In this document: positions 37,954 through 45,814 of the stretch, in pieces
Layout of the letters: every line of letters starts with the position of its first letter
Position numbering within the stretch: the stretch's first letter is position 1
Assembly: GCA_038065735.1 (NCBI GenBank)
Contig: JBBTQK010000003.1
Location: 64,704-128,703, forward strand
Direction of reading: 5' to 3'
Length of the DNA: 64,000 nucleotides
DNA from: Patescibacteria group bacterium
GTDB lineage: Bacteria; Patescibacteriota; Gracilibacteria; UBA1369; LOWO2-01-FULL-3
Notes under the pieces: model-generated
Database searches by the model: none
Seen by the model: only the letters and a program-made list of their open reading frames with translations
Told to the model about the DNA's origin: nothing
Made by a program: the position numbers and the translations under genes

Positions 37954-38745
37954 CTATTGATTATCTTCGTTTTTTTCTTCGTCCTCAACAGGCTTAGATT
38001 CTACGTTAGTGTAATATTTATCGTAATATTTTTTAGCACGTTTTAATTCTTCAATAACTTTTTCGTCTTCGCCGGCAAATAAAAATTTCGGTAGAATTTT
38101 CATGGAAATCGCGCCTGGATATCTTTCCTGCTTTAGCTTAGTTAAAAAGCTTTCTAAAGGCATAATTCCTTCATGTGGAGGAGCATATTTTTTGCCGTTG
38201 AATAGGTTTGAAAGATGTACGTGAACAAGGTATTTTTTTAGTGAAGTATATGCACGCATTAAGTCTTTGCGTTGTTCTCCGATTCTCGCAGTATCTAAAG
38301 AAACGTGTTTGAATTCTTTTAAATCTTGAGCTGAGCCCATGGCGTGTTCCGGGATAAATCCTAGAATTGTACCTGATGGAGCGTTTTCGAGAGCGATGGA
38401 CATGAATTCTTTTTCACGTAATTTTGGAATTTCTTTTTTTAACCAGCTGGCTAGTTTGAAATCCAAAAGTTTTGGTGGTTGTAAGATAACGATTTTTGCG
38501 CCTATGGCCCTAGCCATTTCTACAATTTCCTGAATATGTTTTGGAGAAAGTTCTTTAGGTGCAGAAACAGCACGAACTGGCAGATCGTATTCTTTTACAA
38601 GCTTTTTGATGTAATCCGTGTTCCAGGTATCAAAATTTCCATAATCAACAGTCAGATCTAATCCATCGTAGCCGGCTGCTTTTGCAAGTTCAAAGATTCT
38701 GTTTAATCCGTAACCTCTAAGGGAATCAGTGCAAAGTAGAATCAT
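37954..38745 (-). CDS. sugar phosphate isomerase/epimerase-like TIM-barrel protein (xylose isomerase-like fold)
   Basis: The N-terminal pattern (ELAKAAGYDGLDL, ...AIGAKIVILQPP, VHLSN) resembles the AP_endonuc_2/xylose isomerase-like family. Assigned by eye only. Confidence 0.5.
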   Translation of the reverse strand: MILLCTDSLRGYGLNRIFELAKAAGYDGLDLTVDYGNFDTWNTDYIKKLVKEYDLPVRAVSAPKELSPKHIQEIVEMARAIGAKIVILQPPKLLDFKLASWLKKEIPKLREKEFMSIALENAPSGTILGFIPEHAMGSAQDLKEFKHVSLDTARIGEQRKDLMRAYTSLKKYLVHVHLSNLFNGKKYAPPHEGIMPLESFLTKLKQERYPGAISMKILPKFLFAGEDEKVIEELKRAKKYYDKYYTNVESKPVEDEEKNEDNQ

Positions 38746-38879
38746 ATTTTTAGTTTTTAAATCTTGTACAGTTTAGCACGATTTTAAGAAAATTTAATAA
38801 TTATTTAATGTTTAGTTGCTAGGCTATGTTGTTGCTGTGGATTTTTTACGAGAGTTTCCTTGCCCCGGAGTACGTATTA

Positions 38880-38888
38880 TGTTATAAT
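38880..38888 (+). promoter_or_regulatory. extended -10 promoter (TGtTATAAT) for the His-rich protein gene
   Basis: Part of CGTATTATGTTATAATTTATGTGT (38873-38896), 22 of 24 nt identical to 35287-35310. Confidence 0.55.
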
Positions 38889-38914
38889 TTATGTGTATAT
38901 TTAACACAAATTTT

Positions 38915-39427
38915 ATGAGACAAGAACCAACTTTGAGTTTTCGTCAGATCCTGAGCGGTAACTTAGACCATAGTGATATTTCGTATGATGAATTAAACCC
39001 TGTTGTGAGGGGAGAAGTTGATAGATTAGTATCGACAGCAGTTGGTGTGGAAAATTTAGATGAACTTCTTGGTGACAGAGATGTAGACGTGGTTATTAAT
39101 CAGGTAGTTGCTGGTATGTCGGTAGCTTTGGGATTCAAAGATAGCCGTGATGATCACGGGCACGGTGGTCATGGTAGTACTCATGGTCATGATGATCATG
39201 GAGATGCCTGGCACGATACTCATGAACCACATGGCCATGGTGATACTCATGGGCATGGTGATACTCATGGGCATGGTGATACTCACGGGCATGGTGATAC
39301 TCATGGGCATGGTGATACTCATGGTCATGATGATACTCACGGGCATGGTTCACATGGACATGAAAATGAGGGAGTTGGATATGTTCCTACTATCAGAAAT
39401 TGGAAAAACAATCCTAGTGTTCAGTAA
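38915..39427 (+). CDS. acidic histidine-rich protein with tandem HGHGDT repeats (candidate metal-binding protein)
   Basis: Start at ATG 38915 (MRQEPTL), downstream of the promoter. The C-terminal half reads HGHGGHGSTHGHDDHGDAWHDTHEP(HGHGDT)x5... Confidence 0.7.
   Translation: MRQEPTLSFRQILSGNLDHSDISYDELNPVVRGEVDRLVSTAVGVENLDELLGDRDVDVVINQVVAGMSVALGFKDSRDDHGHGGHGSTHGHDDHGDAWHDTHEPHGHGDTHGHGDTHGHGDTHGHGDTHGHGDTHGHDDTHGHGSHGHENEGVGYVPTIRNWKNNPSVQ
39230..39337 (+). repeat. six tandem copies of an 18-bp unit (CATGGGCATGGTGATACT) inside the His-rich gene
   Basis: Read directly. Units start at 39230, 39248, 39266, 39284, 39302 and 39320, with 0-3 substitutions each. Confidence 0.9.
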
Positions 39428-39450
39428 AATTTAGCTGAAATTTCTTATAC

Positions 39451-39545
39451 TTAGGCCTTTGGTTCGATTTTTATTCATCCGTACATGTATGGCTGTATTC
39501 GAGCTTGGAAGTCAGTGGTGAGTACTGATCGGTATCCTTTTGATG
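39451..39545 (-). pseudogene. degenerate duplicate of the serS 3-prime end
   Basis: Hand alignment of 39451-39508 with 41525-41582 gives 45 of 58 identical without gaps, and weaker similarity continues further. The minus-strand reading ...QPYMYG*IKIEPKA* compares with serS ...QPYMGGRTKIEPKA* and has an in-frame stop. Confidence 0.6.
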
Positions 39546-39546
39546 A

Positions 39547-39575
39547 TTAACAAATTGGGTATTTTGTGGTATAAT
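39547..39575 (+). promoter_or_regulatory. candidate promoter for the 39597/39742 operon
   Basis: TTAACA (39547-39552), 17 nt, TATAAT (39570-39575), with an extended -10 TG at 39567-39568. Confidence 0.55.
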
Positions 39576-39596
39576 TATGGGATTTGATAAATAAAA

Positions 39597-39737
39597 ATGA
39601 AAAAGATTACTGAGGCGCAAAAAACAGAGATACTAAAGGCAATTTTCAAGCGGACTAATATTTACTATGAAAAGAAAATAGTTGGTAAGGATTTTAGTGA
39701 TGCTGAGGAACTTTTAGAAAGTTTAAATAACGTCTAA
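39597..39737 (+). CDS. hypothetical small protein (46 aa)
   Basis: Not in the ORF track. Hand translation gives MKKITEAQKTEILKAIFKRTNIYYEKKIVGKDFSDAEELLESLNNV. The stop lies 4 nt before the 39742 ATG. Confidence 0.4.
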   Translation: MKKITEAQKTEILKAIFKRTNIYYEKKIVGKDFSDAEELLESLNNV

Positions 39738-39741
39738 ATTT

Positions 39742-41520
39742 ATGGAATTTAATGAAATTGAATCACGTGATGGAGGTTTAGATAAATACAGAAGTGATCT
39801 GAAAAATTTATTTGAATCAAATGAAGATGGGAATGATGTTTTATTAAGAAATCTTAAGGACATATTAACCGGATTTGATATTCTTAAAAAACAGAGTTTG
39901 TATCAGGCTACAGTTAAAGAAGTCGAAGATTTTAATGAAAAAAATGGACCGATTTTAACTGTTCAGGAAGTTTTTAGTTGGATTTTGGATAGTGAATCAC
40001 TGGCCGTAGAGGAAATTACAAAAATTACCTACCTAGAAAATAGTAGAGAAAAAGAAAAAGAAACTGCGGAATTTAAATTTGATGAGTCAATTCCTAATGT
40101 GAAAAATGTTGAGCAATTGGGATCCTTGAAGGATTCCTTTGCTAGTTTTTTAAAAATTGTGAAAGGTTCGAAATCAACTAAAATAAATGTTACTGCATTA
40201 AGTGAGTTTTTTTCTTTTATTACTGATACGTGTGAAATTCATCCAAGCTTAGAGTCTATGTTTATAAATATCGTTAATGAAAGAACTAAAGATTTACAAG
40301 AATCTAAAGGAAAAGAAGATTTAGTTGTAAAGGTATTGATTTCCTCTCTTAAAAATCGTGCGAATAGAAGTTCATTTAGTAGCTCAGGTTTCCAATTTGA
40401 TGAAGAAACAATAAAGACCAGAGTTTTAACAGACTATAAAAGAGAACAAGAAGCAAAAACTTCGGAAGATAAAGAATTAATGTCGAACGTCGATGGAAGA
40501 ATTAAAGGCGTAACGGTTGTTTTAGGTATGAAGGTGCGTGATGGATATACAGATATAGCAGGAGAGTATTACAATACGATTTTTGATCTTATTGAAGCTA
40601 AAAAAGGAGAAAAAGATTTTATTCTTAAATGTGTTTACGTTGAAAAGAGTGAGAAAGAAAATTTTACAAAGTATATGAGGGCAAGAAATGTTGATTTTTC
40701 AAAAATAGTGTTTTTGAATGCTGGAGATGTGGAATATAGCCATAGGTATGATATTTGGGCGAGAGATTCGGCTGTGAGACGTAAGGATGGAGTTATTATT
40801 GAACCATTTAATAATTATGCCGATGGTGTAACTGCTGCTTACGCTAATTTGATTCCAATAGAAGGAACTGATATTCAGCAGTCTGAACTTGTTTTTGAGG
40901 GAGGCAATATGAGGGCAACGGATAAGTATCTTTTTATTGGTGTTGATGATATTTACAAAACTATGGGTAATCCGAAACTTAAACTTGCAAGTCAAGAAAT
41001 GGTAATTAGCCTTTTTGAAAAGCAATTTAACAAAAAAGTGATTGTTTTAGGTGACTCTGAGGGTGGACAGGATGTTTTTCACATAGACATGTGTATAACT
41101 CCACTGAATGATAAAGATATTCTTGTGGCTGAACCAATCGATGGGAGTATGTACGCTCCATTTATGATTAATATAAGTCAGCAACTTGCAGAGCAGGGGT
41201 TTAATGTAATTAAGGTTCCGTATTTTAGTCATGGAAGCTTTCATGCAACATATAACAACGCTCTTCTTGAAAATTATAAAGATGAAAGTGGTAAGGAAGT
41301 AAAAAAGGTTTATCTTCCCCAGTATTATGCTGGCTCAGAGGGTTCTCCAGTTTATACTTATGGAGCTGGTGGTGGTACTGTTTTAGATTTAAATAAAATG
41401 AATAAAGCTGCAGTAGAGATTTATAGGTCTCAGGGTTTTGAAGTAGTGCCGATCAATGTTTCTGTCTCCGTAATCAGGCGTTCGGGATCCTTAAATTGTC
41501 TGACTTTTGAAGATAGATAA
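39742..41520 (+). CDS. 592-aa protein with an unknown N-terminal region and a C-terminal guanidino-group-modifying-enzyme-like domain (agmatine/arginine deiminase or amidinotransferase superfamily)
   Basis: Ordered motifs IWARDS, FEGGN, FHIDMC and a C-terminal GSLNCLT. They resemble the W-x-R-D, EGG, H-x-D and G-G-x-x-C-x-T blocks of that superfamily as I recall them. Confidence 0.55.
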   Translation: MEFNEIESRDGGLDKYRSDLKNLFESNEDGNDVLLRNLKDILTGFDILKKQSLYQATVKEVEDFNEKNGPILTVQEVFSWILDSESLAVEEITKITYLENSREKEKETAEFKFDESIPNVKNVEQLGSLKDSFASFLKIVKGSKSTKINVTALSEFFSFITDTCEIHPSLESMFINIVNERTKDLQESKGKEDLVVKVLISSLKNRANRSSFSSSGFQFDEETIKTRVLTDYKREQEAKTSEDKELMSNVDGRIKGVTVVLGMKVRDGYTDIAGEYYNTIFDLIEAKKGEKDFILKCVYVEKSEKENFTKYMRARNVDFSKIVFLNAGDVEYSHRYDIWARDSAVRRKDGVIIEPFNNYADGVTAAYANLIPIEGTDIQQSELVFEGGNMRATDKYLFIGVDDIYKTMGNPKLKLASQEMVISLFEKQFNKKVIVLGDSEGGQDVFHIDMCITPLNDKDILVAEPIDGSMYAPFMINISQQLAEQGFNVIKVPYFSHGSFHATYNNALLENYKDESGKEVKKVYLPQYYAGSEGSPVYTYGAGGGTVLDLNKMNKAAVEIYRSQGFEVVPINVSVSVIRRSGSLNCLTFEDR

Positions 41521-41524
41521 CGGC

Positions 41525-42817
41525 TTAGGCCTTTGGCTCGATTTTAGTTCTGCCGCCCATGTATGGTTGTAATACAGTTGGGATTGTGACTGAACCGTCG
41601 GCGTTTTGGTAATTCTCAAGGATGGCGACTAAAGTGCGGCCAACAGCGCAGGCAGTGCCGTTTAAAGTGTGGATATATTCGTTTTCACCTTTGGAATTTT
41701 TGTGTCTGATTTTGCTGCGACGTGCCTGAAAGTCAGTGCAGTTTGAGCAAGAAGTTAATTCTCTGAATTTATTTTGAGTTGGTATCCAGATTTCCAAATC
41801 GTATTTTTTGGCTGCTGGAGCGCCGGTGTCGCCTGTACAAATCGCCATTACTTGATAGTGGAATCCAAGATCCTGCATGATTTCTTCTTCGGTTGCACGG
41901 ATTAATTCGTGTTCTTCCAGGGATTTATCTGGGTCGCAAAAACTAAACATTTCTATCTTGTCGAATTGGTGTACGCGGATGATTCCGGCAGTATCTTTGC
42001 CGTAAGAACCGGCTTCACGACGGAAACAAGTAGAAAAACCGGCGTAACGGATGGGTAATTTTTCAGTTTCCAGGATTTCGTTGTAGTGAATCATTGTTAG
42101 AGGGACTTCTGAAGTACCAACCAAATATAAATCGTCGTTTTCTGGATTTTCGGCAGTTTTTGGATTAACTTGATAGATTTCACCGCGGTCTGCTGGGAAA
42201 AATCCGGTTGCAAACATGGCTTCTTCTTTGACCAAAACCGGTGGGATAACAGGTGAGAAGCCTTTAGAATTTAATTTGTGTAGAATATGTTGGACTAAAG
42301 CGAATTCGAGCAGAGCGGCTTCGTTTTTTAAGTAGTAAAAACGAGCACCGGAGGTGCGAGTTCCTCTTTCTATGTCAATAATATCGAGAGATTTACCAAG
42401 TTCGATGTGATCTTTTGGTGTGAAATCAAATTCTGGTTTTTTGCCCCAAGTTTTAATCACCTGATTTCCGCTGTCATCTGGACCGTCTGGAACTGAATCA
42501 AGTGGGGGATTTGGTACTTGCTGAGCCAATTCATCAATCTGTTTTTCTAGAATTTCAAGCTCTGGTTCCAAAGTTTTGATTTCTTCTTTAAGTTTTTTCA
42601 TTTCTTCAAAAAGCTTGGCCTTTTCTTCTGGAGAAGCCTTGCCTGCATTTTTGCTTTGTTCGTTTTGCTGTGCGCGTAAAGTTTCAATTTTCAACAATTT
42701 CTCTTTTCTTTCTTCATAAATAGCTAGAATTTTGTCTATATCTGGACCAAAACCCTTACGTTTAATACCATTTTTAATTTTTTCAGGATTCTCAATAATG
42801 AATTTAATGTCGAGCAT
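41525..42817 (-). CDS. serS: seryl-tRNA synthetase
   Basis: N-terminal coiled-coil arm plus class II motifs (FRREAGS..., GTSEVPL, NGTACAVGRTLVAILENYQ). Confidence 0.97.
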   Translation of the reverse strand: MLDIKFIIENPEKIKNGIKRKGFGPDIDKILAIYEERKEKLLKIETLRAQQNEQSKNAGKASPEEKAKLFEEMKKLKEEIKTLEPELEILEKQIDELAQQVPNPPLDSVPDGPDDSGNQVIKTWGKKPEFDFTPKDHIELGKSLDIIDIERGTRTSGARFYYLKNEAALLEFALVQHILHKLNSKGFSPVIPPVLVKEEAMFATGFFPADRGEIYQVNPKTAENPENDDLYLVGTSEVPLTMIHYNEILETEKLPIRYAGFSTCFRREAGSYGKDTAGIIRVHQFDKIEMFSFCDPDKSLEEHELIRATEEEIMQDLGFHYQVMAICTGDTGAPAAKKYDLEIWIPTQNKFRELTSCSNCTDFQARRSKIRHKNSKGENEYIHTLNGTACAVGRTLVAILENYQNADGSVTIPTVLQPYMGGRTKIEPKA

Positions 42818-42909
42818 GTTTGAAAGTTAATCTGTTAATTATTGCCTAAGCGGCTTTTATTGCGTGATTTATCCTAATTTGGAATCGATTTTTAGTAAAG
42901 AGGGAGATT

Positions 42910-43338
42910 TTAGCTGGTAATCATTTGTAGATATTCTCCTGGTAACAGAATTTTTGTTGGTAAATTTGCCTTTTCAAGCTTTGTGGTTTTAAAGTCTTTT
43001 TTATCTAAAGTAATCAAAAAATCGGCTTTCTGATTGATGCTGCTAATGAGTATTGGGAGGTCTTTTTCAATGATTAGATCCTGATATTTTATTTTTAAAT
43101 CTGTTGAGTGAGCTTCTTTATCAATCTGATTAAGCAAGCTGACTAGTTTGTAGAATTCCGGTAGAAATTCTACTCCAACTTTTCTCTCAATATTTAATTT
43201 TGCTTCTTTAATGGCATATAGACTTGATACTAATATATGTTTTTTATTTTTAGCTAGTTCAAAAATGGCTCTGGAACCTCCAGTTTTTGAATAAGTAGCA
43301 GCAAAAAAGATGTTGGCGTCTAAAAATAGTTTGTACAT
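42910..43338 (-). CDS. PIN-domain toxin (VapC-like)
   Basis: The N-terminal FLDANIFF and C-terminal ITLDKKDF acidic residues are typical of PIN nucleases. Lies 5 nt downstream of the antitoxin gene. Confidence 0.75.
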   Translation of the reverse strand: MYKLFLDANIFFAATYSKTGGSRAIFELAKNKKHILVSSLYAIKEAKLNIERKVGVEFLPEFYKLVSLLNQIDKEAHSTDLKIKYQDLIIEKDLPILISSINQKADFLITLDKKDFKTTKLEKANLPTKILLPGEYLQMITS

Positions 43339-43343
43339 CTGAG

Positions 43344-43601
43344 TTAATTTTTGATAAGTTTTGCTAATTTTTCTGCCGTTTTTTTGTCCAGTTTATCTTC
43401 TTTTAACCAGATTTGAATATCTTCGTCTGAATAAATTTCAGTGGTATCTGGCTTGTAGTCTATTTTGATAAAAGAAATGCCGTTACTTAGCAGTTTTACT
43501 TCTAATAAACTATTTTCATCAATATTTAATTTTTGCCTGAATTCTACTGGAATAGTGACCATGCCTTTTGATTGAGGTTTTACTATTTTAGTTGGAGACA
43601 T
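43344..43601 (-). CDS. AbrB/SpoVT-type antitoxin
   Basis: The GMVTIPVEFRQKLNI swapped-hairpin motif. 85 aa, immediately upstream of the PIN gene. Confidence 0.7.
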   Translation of the reverse strand: MSPTKIVKPQSKGMVTIPVEFRQKLNIDENSLLEVKLLSNGISFIKIDYKPDTTEIYSDEDIQIWLKEDKLDKKTAEKLAKLIKN

Positions 43602-43720
43602 AGTGGTGAAGTTAGGAAGTGGTAAATGTCTACTTATAGAATAGCGGAATTGTAGCGTTTTGTAAAGAATGTTGTAGGTAGGCTTGTTTTATTGTAGAGT
43701 GCTGCCTTAAATTAAAAATT

Positions 43721-44101
43721 ATGAAGCAAATATTAGAAGATGGTGAAGGGCGGAAGTATGAATTTTTTGATAGCGATCATGATGGGAAGTTGGCATTACT
43801 CCAGTGGGAGGGTCGTATTGAGGAATTGGATGTAGAAATTGCAAATAGAATAGCAGCTTTGTTAAATATTGAATGTACAAGTAGACCAATGACCGCTCAA
43901 GAGTTAAGGGAGTATTTAGATGGATTGGTCGGAGAGAGATTTGTTTTGTCTAATAACAACTACGAGCTTGTTGGGCAGGTTATTGTAGTAGATTCAGTTG
44001 AACTTGATGATATAACTTTAACAATTGAAACCAAAATAGACGAACTTACTGATAATTTGTTACTTCAAATAACTCCAACAGTTCCTCTTCTACCAATGTA
44101 G
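43721..44101 (+). CDS. hypothetical acidic protein (126 aa)
   Basis: ORF preceded by CTTAAATTAAAAATT, with a G-skewed coding strand. No motif recognised. Confidence 0.6.
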   Translation: MKQILEDGEGRKYEFFDSDHDGKLALLQWEGRIEELDVEIANRIAALLNIECTSRPMTAQELREYLDGLVGERFVLSNNNYELVGQVIVVDSVELDDITLTIETKIDELTDNLLLQITPTVPLLPM

Positions 44102-44102
44102 T

Positions 44103-44666
44103 CTACCCGTTGGCTTTGCTTACGTAGCTGCCGTCTTCGGTGTTGATTTTGATGATGTCGCCTTCTTCAATAAAAAGAGGGGCGCGGACAGTAGCACCAG
44201 TTTCAATGACAACGTCTTTTGCTCCACCCGTAGCGGTATCTCCTTTAGTTCCTGGAGGTGAGCTAATAACTTTGAAGTCCATTTTTGGAGGTAGTTGAAT
44301 ACTTACCGGAACACTATCGATGTACATTGCGTAGCATTCTGTATCGTCAATTAGATATTTTATACCATCGCCAACTGTTTCTTTGTCCAAGGCAAATTGT
44401 TCGTAGGTAACGTTATCCATGAAATTATAATCTGTACCATCTGTATATAAATATTGGCATTTGTTTCTGACAACATCTACTGTTTCTACGGCTTCACCTG
44501 ATTTAAAAGTGATTTCGATAACTTGGCCAGTGCGTAGGTTGCGAAGTTTAGCTCTTGTAAAAGCCGCGCCCTTACCTGGATTTACGAATTGGGCCTGAGC
44601 TACAAGCCAAGCGCCGTTTTTAAAATTGATTGCGATACCCTGTTTAATGTCTTGTGTGCTGCCCAT
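44103..44666 (-). CDS. efp: elongation factor P
   Basis: 187 aa with the NPGKGAAFTRAKLRNL loop, carrying the modifiable Lys in a PGKG context. Confidence 0.95.
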   Translation of the reverse strand: MGSTQDIKQGIAINFKNGAWLVAQAQFVNPGKGAAFTRAKLRNLRTGQVIEITFKSGEAVETVDVVRNKCQYLYTDGTDYNFMDNVTYEQFALDKETVGDGIKYLIDDTECYAMYIDSVPVSIQLPPKMDFKVISSPPGTKGDTATGGAKDVVIETGATVRAPLFIEEGDIIKINTEDGSYVSKANG

Positions 44667-44673
44667 GAAAATT

Positions 44674-45705
44674 TTAGTTAATGTATTTGGCTAACGGAAA
44701 AAGTATTACTTCTTCAATTGATTTCTTATCCAAGAGTAGCATAAAAAGTCTGTCGAGACCTAGAGCTATTCCCGCGCAAGGAAACTGGATCGATTCTAGA
44801 CTAGCCAGAAATTCCTCGTCAATATCAAAAACAGTTTTGTTTAGTTGGCGACGGAGGTTTTGCTCTTCCATCAGGCGTTCTCGCTGTTCTTTGGAATCTA
44901 TAAGTTCGGAGAATGAATTGGCGAGTTCGGTGCCGCCGATATAGAGCTCAAAACGTTCTGCGAAGAATGGATTTGTGGTTGATTTTTTTGCTAGTGCAGC
45001 TTGGCTGACTGGATAGTCGTAGACGAAAATAGGTCTATCTTTAGGCAAATTTGGCTCTATGTGATTTAAGAAAATTTTGAAATAAATGTCGTCCCAGTTT
45101 TCACAACCGTTAGTGTCGTAGTTTTTAGATTCGGCAGATTTTTTGAGTTCTTCAAATTCTTTATTTTGCAGAAGGTCTATGCCGCAGTATTCCTGGAAAA
45201 GTTCATTAGTTGTTTTGCGTGGCCAGGGTGTGGTGAGGTCGATTTTAGTATTTTGGTAATTGAGAATTTTTGCAGAATTGTCCTGTGATTGGCTTTTTAC
45301 TAATTCTAAAACTAAACTTTCGCAATCTTGCATTATGTCTTTGTAGTCAGCTTTTTCGCGGTACCACTCGATCATTGAGAATTCCGGATTGTGCAGGTCG
45401 CCGCCAACTTCTCCATTTCTAAAAACTTTAATGATGTCAAAAATATTGCCAAAACCCGCTCCGAGCAGTTTTTTTAATTGTAATTCCGGAGAAGTATTTA
45501 AGTATAAATTTATTGTAGAATTTTGCTCGGTTTTGAGATGAGAAGGTAGCGTGAATTTTGTTTCAAAAGGTGTCAAATATGGCTCCATGCCGGGGATTGT
45601 GACCATGATTGGAGTTTCAACTTCTGTGAAATTGCGTGCATTAAAAAAATCACGAACTTTTTGCATGAGTTGGGAGCGCTGTTTGGCTAATTCTTTATTG
45701 AGCAT
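44674..45705 (-). CDS. epmA: EF-P lysine ligase-like class II aaRS paralog (EpmA/GenX/PoxA-like)
   Basis: 343 aa, a LysRS-type catalytic core without an anticodon-binding domain. Motif 2 is FRNGEVGGDLHNPEFSMIEWY and motif 3 is GIALGLDRLFMLL. Adjacent to efp. Confidence 0.75.
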   Translation of the reverse strand: MLNKELAKQRSQLMQKVRDFFNARNFTEVETPIMVTIPGMEPYLTPFETKFTLPSHLKTEQNSTINLYLNTSPELQLKKLLGAGFGNIFDIIKVFRNGEVGGDLHNPEFSMIEWYREKADYKDIMQDCESLVLELVKSQSQDNSAKILNYQNTKIDLTTPWPRKTTNELFQEYCGIDLLQNKEFEELKKSAESKNYDTNGCENWDDIYFKIFLNHIEPNLPKDRPIFVYDYPVSQAALAKKSTTNPFFAERFELYIGGTELANSFSELIDSKEQRERLMEEQNLRRQLNKTVFDIDEEFLASLESIQFPCAGIALGLDRLFMLLLDKKSIEEVILFPLAKYIN

Positions 45706-45814
45706 TTTTGAATATATTTGCTGCGGGATTATAGGTGAAATAGCCGGTTTTGCAAAATCGCTTGTTTTTGGGGTTAAATTGGAATATTTTTCGTTCTTAA
45801 ATTAAAAAATTATT

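Noticed and set aside
39230-39337. Possible CRISPR array because of regular short repeats.
   Set aside because: The units are contiguous with no spacers, in frame within a coding sequence, and there are no cas genes in the window.
39056-39434. Three extra ORFs (two minus, one plus) over the His-rich repeat.
   Set aside because: They are alternative-frame readings of the same 18-bp tandem repeat, giving periodic MPMSIT, HEYHH or MVILMG strings. Only the frame starting at 38915 has a promoter and a non-repetitive N-terminal half.
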